The notes beneath the pieces are model-generated. The model was given only the letters and a program-made list of their open reading frames with translations, had not been told where the DNA came from and did not search any database. Shown in pieces: positions 1-13,855 of a stretch of 64,000 nucleotides of DNA; the stretch's first letter is position 1, and each line of letters begins with the position of its first letter. The stretch lies in the NCBI RefSeq assembly GCF_009914755.1, contig NC_060939.1, one strand, 5' to 3'. Both the position numbers and the translations under genes were made by a program. Origin of the DNA: the human T2T-CHM13v2.0 reference genome, Homo sapiens.

Positions 1-480
<480 letters not shown>

Positions 481-566
481 ATTCCTCTTGCTGCCACCAA
501 TGGATACTCAGATTATGAGTTCAGGGGGGCATCCACTGTGGAGCAGAGAAGGGATCCACATCCAAG

Positions 567-713
567 GAAGCATGGTTAGAGCACAGCAGAGACAGCAAGA
601 GTGTGGGGTCAGACAGACCCAGCTTCCAGTTCCAGCCCTGGCCTCACTAGCTAAGCTGTGTGCTTTCATACAAGAGGTTTACTTTCTCTGAGTGTGCTTC
701 CTCACCTGTGAAA
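567..713 (+). mobile_element. MIR
   Basis: gtcagacagaccc...tctctgagtgtgcttcctcacctgtgaaa MIR core. Confidence 0.7.
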
Positions 714-2353
714 GAGCTTTCCCCTGGCCGCCATAACTCTCAGGCAAGTTTAGATGTTGAAACTAGAAGGAACATGGGGGACCATTTTTAACTGAAAGTC
801 CTTGTGAAACTGCTGGGAAATAGCCCCGCTGCAGTCAAGTAACTTGCCCAAATGACAGATCCGGGCAGCCAGGCACCCTGCCTCCCAGCCCAGCCCCGCT
901 CCAGCTAGTGTGACTTTTCAGACACACGGCCCTTCTAGAGGGCAGAACTGGGCTCAGCTCCTCAGGCCTCCCAGGCTGCTGGAGGATAGGGAGGAGTGGG
1001 TGGAAGAGTTTGTCTCCTTCCATCTCTCTCCCCACCAGAACCAAGTTAAGCACCCCCCAACCCACCCGCGGGAGCTGAATTCAAGGACCATTAACTCCCT
1101 GTTGTTCCTACCTCCTCCTCTCACCCCAGCCCTTCCCCCCAGCACATGGATCCAAAAATGCCCTAAGTGATGGGCAGTCCTAGTTCCCCTGCAACATCTG
1201 CTGGCTAATCCTGGCCTATTGAGGGCAAGGCTGCCTGTCTGTTTGGATAAGGGCACTGGAGTTAGCAGCTTCCAATCTTGCCAGGCCCAGTGGAGTAGCT
1301 GAGAGTGCTGAGCTTTGGAATCAGGCTTGCTTCGGTGCTCACAGCCCAGCCTCTCATCCACTGGCTGTGTGGCCTTGGGCAGGTAAACTGGCCAAACCCC
1401 TGCCTGGAAAAGCTGCCTGCTGATCTCCGCACCCTAGCAGTGTTGGGTGGGTTAAGTGAGAGGGAGCCTGAGAAGCTGATGGTGAGCATCCAGCTTTGCT
1501 CCCAGCCAAGAGGAGGCATGAATTCCCTCCCCAGGGCTCACCACACCCCTACAGATGAGTTTGTGCAAACTGAGAGTTACGGGGGGATACCCCATCACCC
1601 CCAGTTCCCTACCACTCATGTAACCCAGTATATGCATTTTCTGTTCCCTCATCAATCCTCTAGTGCAGGCCAGGGGTAACAGATGGGTCGAGGACATTGG
1701 TTCTGATGCAGGACATCTCTGAGGGAAGCCTGCAGATTCCCATCCAGACATGGGAATAAAAAAGGGATAGCAGGAGGTTAGCAGCCCTGGCCCACCATCC
1801 CCCTTCTGGCCTTACCCTTGGCCCCAAGCCTCCCTGGCCCTGGGCCCAGCCTGCCCAGCGGGCACATGCCTGCAAGCCTCACCAGGAGGCGCCAGCCTGG
1901 CAGTTGGCCTCATGCCCAGAACTGAAACACAATAGTTCTCGCCAAACTTCCTGCAAGCTTTATTCCCAGAAGGGAAGGCTGTCCCCGAGGGGAGGTGCAG
2001 GGGAGATAGAGGAGGAGCCGGTGTGACTCCTGGCCAGGTCTGCAGATGCCTAGTTGGGCTCTGGGGCTGCCAGGGAGCCAATGAGAGCCCCTGGACAATG
2101 GTCTTACTCCTGGGCCCTCCCTTTCATGGCCCTAGGGAGCTCATGAGAGGCCCTGTGCCCTCACAGCAAGGTGAATCCATCTAGGAACATGAATCACCCC
2201 TCCCAGCCTCACTGCAGGAACTTCAGGCACAGTAACCACTGGAAAGGCTGAATCACAAACTATTCCAGACATTCCCATTGGCCAGGTGGGAAAATCAAGG
2301 CTCAGGGAGGTGGTACAGAGAGGTAGGGCCAGAGCTGAGCTGAAACCTAGGTC

Positions 2354-2642
2354 TTTTTTTTGTTGTTGTTGTTGGAGTCTCACTCTATCACCCAGGCTGG
2401 AGTACCATCTTGGCTCACTGCAACCTCCGCCTCCTAGGTTCAAGCAATTCTTCTGCCTCAGCCTCCCGAATAGCTGGGATTACAGCCTCATGCCACCGCA
2501 CCTGGCTGATTTTTGTATTTTTAGTAGAGATGGGGTTTCACCATGTTGGCCCGGCTGGTCTCGATCTCCCAGCCTCCAGTGATTTGCCCGCCTCGGCCTC
2601 CCAAAGTGCTGGGATTACAGGCGTGAGCCACCACACCCGGCC
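2354..2642 (-). mobile_element. AluS inserted in a MIR
   Basis: Near full-length antisense Alu; target-site duplication (TSD) tgaaacctaggtctttt at 2341 and 2647. Confidence 0.95.
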
Positions 2643-3099
2643 AAGTTGAAACCTAGGTCTTTTTGCCCTGAGGCTGCCAGCCTTACTCCTGTGCCACTAA
2701 ACCAGGAGAGCAAGGCTGCTGGGGAGTGGGGGGGTCATGGTGGCCTGCATGAGGGTGGATATGGGAGGAAGCTGCCTACCCAGGAGGTCAGGGAACAGCA
2801 CTCTGGCTGCTCCTCCTCCTTCACCTCCAGGCAGGGGCATCTTCTCCTCCCCTTATTCTCCCCTGACAGGAGCATGGGGGAGAGAAGGAGGGGCAACCCT
2901 CATCAACACCTCTGTAGATGGTGACAGGCCCTGCTGGGTCCTGGAAGAGGGTGGGGGTGGCCTCCTCAGTCAGAGGAAGGAGAGGGGGGCCTCTCTGCAG
3001 GACTGGCACTTCTGATCTGGGGGGCATGTATTCTCACCTCCTAATTAGCCATCTTGCTAGGCAAGGACCACAGCCTGCACCAGGCAAGCCAAGGGAAGT

Positions 3100-3770
3100 A
3101 GGGGAGCAAGGCACAGGGATGACAGTTCTGGAGTGACACCCAGGGTGGAGCAGAGGAAACAGCTAGGGCAGAGGCGGGGAGGCAGGAGGGAGCTTGGTAG
3201 GTGTGAGAAACAGCCAGGAGGCCAGTGTGGCTGGAGCGGAGTGACCCACAGGGCCCGTGGGACAAGATGAGGTCAGTTTTCTGGGCCAGCTCCTGGAGGG
3301 CCCCACGGGCCATTGCAAGGCTCTGAGAGAAGCAGCAAGCTACTTCAGGGTTCTGAGCAGAGGAGAGAGAGGGTCTGGGTCCAATCTGTAAAGGCTCACT
3401 CTGGCGATTGGATGGGGTGGACGGAGAGTCGGAGAGGAAACAGAACTCCATCAGAGGCGAGTCGGGACATACAGGTGTCTGGGACCTGAGTGCTGACCTG
3501 AGGATGCTGAGAAGGGTCAGAGTCCAGATATAGTTTGAAGGTGGAGCTGACAGGATCTGCTGAAGAACTGGATAAGGGATGTAGAGGAAGAGAGGGAAGA
3601 ATCAGGAAGGACTCCAAGATGTGGGGCTTGAACAACTAGAACAATGGCATCGCCATTAACTCATTAACGAGTTGGGGCAGACAGCAGGAGGAGGGGTTTG
3701 AAGGGGAGTCCAGAGTTCGTTAGCTTTGAGAGGCCAGTAGACCCCCAAGGGGAGCTGTTGAGGGGGTGTG
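3100..3770 (-). mobile_element. L2 fragment
   Basis: ccagtgtggctggagc...gaaggtggagctgacagga...gactccaag, typical antisense L2. Confidence 0.7.
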
Positions 3771-5423
3771 TGGCTCCGATTGGTGGGCACCCCACGCTAC
3801 CGTGAGAAATGGATGAAATAACGTTCCTAAAACTCCTCGGGGCAGAGCAGAGCCTCAGGCACTGTGCCCTTTTCTTTCTGTCTGCCTGAGGCTTCCAGGA
3901 GCCAAGGCTCAAGGTAGGAGCAGAGCAGCTTCCAGATAGGTCGGTCCAAGTCCTCATCTCCCCACTGGGGAAACTGACTCTCAGAACATGGCTGGCTTTG
4001 GGGCCCAGCATGGTGAGAGGCAGAGCTGGTTTAAACCTACCTCTCCTGACACTCAGGGCTCCTCAGGAGCCGGCCATTCTGAGCCAAGGACCCAGCCTGC
4101 CGAGGCTGCCACCAAAACCAGAGCCCGTCCAGGGCCCAGGTCCTTGCTCCTGTCTGGGCCTCAATTTCCTCTCTATGTAATAGGACATTGTTCTCAACCC
4201 CACCCAACCAGGGCCTGCCCTGGAATGCAGGGTCTGACAGGCTGAGCTTTCCAGAGATGAGGAACAGCCTGCCAGTGGCCCCTCAGGGCCCTGCCTCCAC
4301 CCTGAGGAGGTCCATTGCTCCTCTCCCAGAGCCAGGAGTGCCCCTCTATGGCCCCTCATATCAGCTGGAGGGACAAAGGGTAGGCAAGACCTCCTACCAC
4401 GGGAGGCCTATCAAGGGTTAATCTGTGTCAGATTAACTGGAAGTGGTGAGTCAGCCAGCCGGCCAGTGGAGGACCAGGGCCAGGGAGGACAAGGACACCC
4501 CTGAGCCACAGCAGCCTCATGGCCACACCCCTCCCCACCCCACCGCGTTTATATGCCCAGCTCTGCCGTCTTCTCTGAGTCCCCACTGCCTCCCCAGTCA
4601 AACTGAGCCACCTCTGGGCCTTGGAAAGCTCTGCCCCTTCCCGCTTGCTGCCTTCGCTCCAGTGTTCTGCTCCTGGCCTGTCCTCCCTGACTCCACTCCT
4701 GCACCTTCTCCCAACCCTTTAAGGCCTCCTCCTCCCTGCTGTCTTCCCTGACCGCCTCAGCCGGCCAGGGCTTTGTCTTCTCTCAGCAGCTCTCGTTAAG
4801 ATGGTCCTTTGGGCCATGAATCCACAAGTTACTAAGCTGCTGAGTCCCTGCTTGGGGCAACTGGTGTAGGAAGCCCCCTGCATGGGCAGGCACCTCTTCC
4901 TCCCTAGTCCGCAAGTTTCCTGGGTAGAAGACAGGTGGGGCATCTGGGACAGACACATGCATTCACCTCCACGTAATGCACTGAATGCCCCCATGAACGT
5001 GGAGAAGCTTTGTCAGCTGTAAAGTGCTGTGCACAGGAGGGACCTGAGGTGATGGGTGAGCTGAGGTGAGGTTACAAGATAGACTGAAGAAGGTGGCCCA
5101 TTGTTAGGACTGCAAAAGCAGGTGGGATTTAGGAATTACAGACGAGGACACCTGCGAAAGCTAAGGCTTAGAAGTGGGACCAGACTTGAAAGGTGAGGTG
5201 GCCTGTCTCATCCTGCAGGAAGGGTAGGATCCAGGACTAGAGGAGAGGCACTGAGAGAGACGTGGGATGGGGACAGAAGTAGGGAGAAAATGGGGCCAAG
5301 GCGACTGCCTTGCAGAGTGGGCGGAAGGGTGACAGAGGGAGGCAGGCACTTGACGGAAGCTGTGAGTGGCTAGTGCTAGAGGGTGGCAGTGAAGGGAGGT
5401 GCCGCAGCAGAGGAGGCCACTCA

Positions 5424-6033
<610 letters not shown>

Positions 6034-7209
6034 CTACCTGGCATCTCCGCTGCTGCATGGGAAGCTGCTCACCAGGGCTGGGGAAGACAGGGTGCCAACG
6101 GATCCAGAGAGTCACCCCTCCCCACCCCACACCAGTGGGGCAGGGATTGGTCACAGCTCAGCTCCAGTGGGGCAGGTTCCTTGTATGCAAAAGTCTGGGC
6201 TGGGCTCATGGGCATGATGGTCAGATTGGGGAAGGGGAAGATTTGGGACCTGCCTCTCCTGACTTCTGGGTGCCCCACCCCACCATACCCAGCCCTGGGG
6301 TAGGGTCCTCATAACCACCCTCCCCTCCTCCCCTCCTTCTCCAGTCACTTCTATTATGGGGACTCCCCTAGTTCTGGGCCTTTAATGCACCCCACACACC
6401 CCCTCCAGCCAGCTGCTGTCAGGGTACACACTTCCCCAGCCTGGCACCAAGGCCTGCCACGCCACGTCTATGCCCACCTCACGGGTCTCACTTCTTCCAG
6501 AAAGGCGCCAAGGGGCAACACAATCTCCATCCAGCCAACCTTCGCTGGGGACACTGAATATTTGCTCAATCTTTATTATAAAGCACCCTCCAAGGAGCAT
6601 GTCACCCCTAGACCTTCTATAGACAGACGGCGGGAGCCTTGGTGGCCTCCCACCAAGCCACCCTATACTTCCCCTCCCCCACCAATACTGGCACCATTCA
6701 GTTCCTGCCAAGAGTCTGTTGCCCACATTTCCTTTTGGGGAGTGCCTGCCCCAGCCCACTCACCAATGCCTGCTGAAATCCTGCCTTCAAAGCCTCCTCC
6801 TCCAGGCAGCCACCAGAGTTGAGCTCTCCCTCTTCTGGAGCTCCACAGCAGTGGTGACCCTGGTCTGAAGCACTTTATATCAACATGGTTTATGCACTCC
6901 TCTGGGGCTCCCTGAGGACGGATCTCCTCCTCCATTTCCCTCAACAATGCATCCAACATAGGCCTGAGCCCAAACTTAGGAGCCAAGGAGTGACTGAGGC
7001 CAACACCTGGTTACTATGATAAGTCCCTGCCCCCCCAGGGCCCCCACTGTGAAAGGGGGGTAGAAGCTGTGCCGAGAGCAACAGGTGAAACACCTGCCTT
7101 AAAAGCCCCATTTGTGCCAGCCCAGCTCCTCGGCCATCCCTCCCCCAACTCCATTTCTGTGGTGAGGGAAGCACAGGTGGTGGGAGCAGGCTTGGCAGGG
7201 AGGCTGGTT

Positions 7210-7640
7210 TCTAGCGGGGAGCTCGCCTTCTCCGCTCAGCTATTTCCATAAACCAATTATCGCCGATCATCTCGGGAGATTGAGGCCCTGACTGTCACCA
7301 ATCCGGCCTGGGCGGCGGGGCGGGGAGCTGGGTGGCTGTGTGGCTCCTAGGCAGGCACCGCGACCCGCGCCATCACCCGGTTGCCATGGGAACGCGCGGC
7401 AGGAGCCTAGGCGACACGAGCCTGGGTGGGGGTTCGGAGAGCCGGGCACACCCCGAGTCCTCCTGCACCCTCCCTGTGGCTGCGGCACGTGGGGCGGGAG
7501 GGTGGGGACAGAGAACGCGGGGAGGGGGGAGGGGAAAGCACTTCGCTGCACCCTTCTCCAGCTGGGAGCAGCGCCCGGGCCAGGCTGCAGCCTGCGTCCC
7601 AGGGCTCCAGACAGGCGAAGCTGCCACCAGCTCGAGGTGG
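7210..7640. promoter_or_regulatory. Intronic CpG-island-like promoter/enhancer
   Basis: High CpG density; CCAAT at 7253 and 7298; GC boxes 7310-7325; X-box GTTGCCATGGGAAC 7380-7393; E-box CACGTG 7486-7491. Confidence 0.75.
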
Positions 7641-8610
7641 TGCTAATGAGATGCAAATGATGGGAGAAGGAAGGGCTTCTGAGAATGTGAAGGCCGAGCT
7701 GTCAGGACCTGAAGGGGGCTTTCAGTGCTCACCCCCAGCCCCAGGCAGAAACCCCAGAGGGAGGATCCAGACCCTCAGAGGCCATAGAACCTGGAAAGAA
7801 TTTATATCCCTGCACATCTGATTACAAATAAACAAGTAACAAAGCACACAATAGGCATAAGAAAGTTCATGAAAGTTTTCGTTTTGTTCATGATGAATAT
7901 TTCAATGCTTTTTAAAAATATGTATTTGTGAAGACTTCAATGTAAGACCTGCAACTGTAACACCCCTAGAAGAAAACACAGGGGAAAGGCTCCTTTACAT
8001 TGGTCTTGGCAATTAATCTTCGGATATGACACCGGAAGTACAGGCAACAGAATCAAAAATAAGTGAGACTGCATCAAACTGAAAAGCTTCTGCGCAGCAA
8101 AGGGAATAATCCACAAAACAAAAAGGCAGCCTATGGTATGGGAGAAAATATTTGCAAAACATGTATCAGATAAGGAGTTAATATCCAAAATATATGAGTA
8201 ACTCATACAACTCAATAGCAAAAAGACAAGTAACCCAATTTAAAAAATGAGAAAAAGACCCGAATAGACATTTTTCCAACAAAGAAATACAAATGGCCAA
8301 CAGGCACATGAAAAGGTGCACATCGCTAATCATCAGGGAAGTGCAAATCAAAGCCACAAGGAGATAGCACCTCACACCTGTTAGGATGGCTGTTCTCAAA
8401 AACACAAGAGATAAGTGTTGGTGCGGGTGTGGAGAAAAGAGAACGCTTGTACACTGTTGGTGGGAATACGCAGTAAAATGGTGCAGCCATTATGGAGCAC
8501 AGCACGGAGGTTCCTCAAGAAATTGAAAATAAAACTACCATATGATCCCGCAATCTCACTACTGGGTATATATCCAAAGGAAACAAAATCAGTATTTTGA
8601 AAAGATATCG

Positions 8611-8920
<310 letters not shown>

Positions 8921-8931
8921 AAAAGATATCT

Positions 8932-9009
8932 GGGCCTGGTGCAGTGGCTCATGCCTGTAATCCCAGAACTTTGGAGGCTGAGGCAGGTGGATCATCTGAG
9001 GTCAAGAGT
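8932..9009 (+). mobile_element. Tail-less Alu 5' fragment
   Basis: First ~80 nt of Alu left arm, then L1 resumes. Confidence 0.85.
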
Positions 9010-9102
9010 ACCCCTATATTCATTGCAGAATTATTCACAATAGCCAAGATATAGGATCAACCTAAGTGTTTGTTGATGAATGAATGGATAAAGAAAAAAT
9101 GT

Positions 9103-9103
9103 C

Positions 9104-9135
<32 letters not shown>

Positions 9136-9230
9136 GTCATATACATATATTTGTATATACTTGTGTCATATATACACACACAATTATATATTGTATACAT
9201 ATATATCCACATATAGACAACATATACACA
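9103..9230. repeat. (TA)n/(CA)n microsatellite
   Basis: Directly visible. Confidence 0.9.
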
Positions 9231-9513
9231 ATGTAATATTATTCAGCCATAAAAGGGAGGACATTCTGCCATTTGCGATAATGCAGATGAGCCTGGAGGA
9301 CGTTATGCTAGATGAAATAAGCTAGACACAGAAAGACAAATACTGCATAATCCCACTTAATGGAATCTAAGATAAACTCATAGATGCAGAGAGTAGAATG
9401 GTGGCTGTCAGGGGCTGGGGATGAGGGAAATGAGGAAATGTTGGCCAAAGGATACAAACTCTCAGTTTTGGGATGAGTAATTCTGGGGATTTAATATGCA
9501 GCAGGTGACTCTA

Positions 9514-9828
<315 letters not shown>

Positions 9829-10665
9829 TTATATTATGTATTTGAAATGTGCTAAGAGTAGATTTTAAGTGTTTTCACCACATACACGAAAGGTAACTGT
9901 GAGGTGATAGATGTGTTAACTAACTTGATCATGATGATCACTGCGGAAAGTATATGTGTATCAAATCATCACTGTGTACATTTTAAATACATCTAAATTT
10001 TATTTTTATTTGTCAATTATGCCTCAATAAAACAGCGAAAATATGTATATATATTATATATATTATATATAAGTTTACATTCTTTCCAAGCATTTTTTCT
10101 CATCTTTTTGTTGCCCCTGTTTTTTGGTACCCTGAGCTTAGTCTCCTGGCTTGGTTTCCTGCCCTCTGCCATCCCATCTTCTCTCACCTGAGGTTGGGGA
10201 TGGATATCCTGGGAATCCCTGTCTCAGCCTGGATTCTGTCCTTCTCTCTGGGTTTGTTGCATCCCTAGCAGGCAGGACCACAGTTGCAGGGATCGGGGCA
10301 GGGGAAGTAGTGAAGCACAGACCTGAGAGTGCCCCAGAACTGTTCGTTCATTCATCCCCTTAGTGGGGAGCTGAAGAGGGTTCAGGCCCAAAGATGGTGC
10401 TTCTCTTGTTTGGGGCATGGCCATTTCACCCCTTAAGGAGGCACCAGGCTTGAGCCCATATAGTAATAGGCACATCCTCCAGCCAAAACTATTCCAGACC
10501 AGCAGGCACTTGGCTCATCTTGGGGGTCAGCCTGTCTTCATCTAAGCCACTGGTTGGCTTCCAATCTGACCCCACTTCTCCACCAATATAGCTTCTCTGT
10601 AGTCACCAGTGACCACCATCTCTGACCCTGCATCCAACGGGCATCTCATCTTTTGCGATCTCTCA

Positions 10666-11583
<918 letters not shown>

Positions 11584-11589
11584 CAGAGG

Positions 11590-12510
11590 CAGCAGCCCCT
11601 CCAGACAACTCAGTCTCTTTGAAGCCCTTTCTCCCCCTCCAAGTTACCCCACTCTCCCACCTTCCCCTATGGCCACATCTCTTGATCTCGTCTACCTGAC
11701 CTTAAATGTTAGCCTGTCTCAGGTTTCTGCCCTATGTGGCTCTTCTTTCTCTAGCCTGTACTCTTTTTCCATGTGATCCCACCCCATCCTGGTGTCAGGA
11801 ATCACATTCTTCCCTCATCCAATCCATCACCAAGTCATGTCCATGTCTCCCGGTCTCTCGGATTGAGCTGCTTCTCTCCACCAGCTCCACCACCGACTTA
11901 GGCCACCGCACTATTTCTCCAACTGCTCTTGGTTCCTCTACTCTTGCTCCCTGAAGATCCCTTCAAAGGCAGGTTACCATTGGGTACTGTGGTGCCATAG
12001 TACCAAAGGAACTCAGTGGCTTCCCATTGTTCCCAAAGTAAAGAGGATTCCAGGCTCAGCACGGTTGGGTCTTTGCCGGCCCCTCCAGCTCCCCAGCAAC
12101 AGGACCTCCACCTCCCTCTCTTTGCTCCAGCCACACTGGACATCTCTCCGTTCTCTGAGCAAACCCTGTTCCCTCCCACCCTAGGCATTCTCAGAAACAT
12201 TCTGAGAAACATTCCCAGAAACATTCTCCCTTCCCCTTTTCCCATCTCAGCTGTCCTCACTGATCTCCCAGATGAGGCCAAATCCTCCCTCATTACATGT
12301 TTTCATGCGACTCTGTACCAGGATATGTGCTTATGCACTTTATGTGATTATGTGCGTACTCTTTGCCAGTGCCTCCCCATCCCGCCTCCACTGTGCCCCA
12401 CTAGTTCCGTGGACAACCACCAGGTCTGCTTTGCTCACCATTTTATTCCTATCATGAAACACAGTATCTGGAACATAGGAAGCTGTCACTAAATAATCGT
12501 CGAATGAATC
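11590..12510 (+). mobile_element. L2 fragments including the 3' end
   Basis: ccaatccatcaccaagtc, ctccagccacactgg, terminal ...gaatgaat. Confidence 0.7.
12186..12228. repeat. 12-bp tandem repeat x3.5 (CATTCyyAGAAA-like)
   Basis: cattctcagaaa cattctgagaaa cattcccagaaa cattctc. Confidence 0.9.
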
Positions 12511-13433
12511 TGGCCCTGTTTCTAGCTTGCTGTATGACTGTGGGAAAGTTACTTTGTCTTTCAATGCCTGAAAACCTCACCTGGGAACCTGTCTCAAAGG
12601 GCTATAGAGATGGTGGTGCTAGACAGTGTGAGATGCTGCGGGTCTAAAGCTCTACAGGGGGAAGGGGGAGTCCTGAGCAGGCTCACAGTGGGCACTGAGA
12701 CCTATCATAAGAAAGCCACAGGACAGTGGAAAGAAGCCAGGCTGGGTACAGGAAGACCTAGCATCTGGCCCACTGCCCCTGACTCCCTGTATGAACTCAG
12801 GCCAGTCCTTGCCTTCTCTGAGCCTCAGTCTTCCCATGGCCAGGATGTAAGCTTTGGCCTGCATGCTGCTGCAGGCCTGCCTGGCTGGCTTGTGTTCTGG
12901 CCTGGGAAACACTCTCAGTTCTTTAGAGAAAACAAGAACCCCAGCTCTGCCACCCGAGACAGATTCTGTGCCCAGGTCTACTGGGCCAGTCTCCAGGCCC
13001 AGGGTGTCCCATGACTGGTCTAGGCCTGGCTCAGTGCCCTGGGGCTTGAACAGTACCCAGCACCTGTCACCCAGCCTGACACAGAGAGACCTGCCAGTCA
13101 GAGCACAGCAGGGACCAGGAAGACAGTGGCACTGACAGGCACGGGGTGCCCCAGTGGACAGGATGAGATATGGAAAAGGGGCTAGCCAGGAGATGGCCTG
13201 TGGGGTTCTGACCCTTGGCCAAAGGCTGCATGTCAGGGCTGCCAGCATTGGCAGCTGCTTCTTCGGCTGCCTGCTGCCCAGAGCTAATGAGTGGGGACAG
13301 AGCCAGGACTCGAAGGGGAAGGCGCTGCTTCCTCTGTGCATGTGGGGCAGGCTTGGGATGGCACAGGGGAGGTGGCACAGATCAGGGCCAGCTAGAGTCA
13401 TACTCAGAGGATCCTTGGTTTTCTTAGATAAGC

Positions 13434-13555
13434 CTGAGAGCCCTGACCCTGGCCCTACACTGAGCTTGACCTTGATTGTAGACTGAGCTCAGCCCTGACC
13501 CTGGTCACAGACTGAGGCTGGCCTTGGTCACAGGATGAGCTCTGACTCTGGTGAC
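13434..13555. repeat. Degenerate ~24-bp minisatellite x5
   Basis: Recurring ctgag...tgaccctgg(tcacaga) units. Confidence 0.7.
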
Positions 13556-13729
13556 TAATTGAAGAAGATGTTAAAAGTAGGACAATTGTTTGAAATCCTG
13601 GCAAGAGGGGGGATAAAGAAGGTTACAGTTATCAAATACTCACCATACCCCTGAGAAATAAGCTAGGAGTGTATTGTGTGTTTCATACAGTTTAATCGCC
13701 ACCCAGTCCTATAATTGAGGTATAATATT

Positions 13730-13855
13730 ATCATTAAACCTCATTTTACAGATGAGGTTCCTGAGGCTCAAAGCATTTCCATGACTTGCCCAAGGTCACA
13801 GAACTAGTTAGTACCCAAAGGAGGATGCAGGATCCAGGATTTCAAAATCTAAAAG
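13730..13855 (-). mobile_element. MIR
   Basis: cattttacagatgagg...tgaggctc...gacttgcccaaggtcacagaactag. Confidence 0.85.

Noticed and set aside
2286-2649. ORFs with peptides such as [26 protein letters not shown] throughout the window
   Set aside because: Alu translation artefacts
7937-8600. ORFs over the L1 ORF2 3' end
   Set aside because: Fragmented old L1 with stops and frameshifts; not functional
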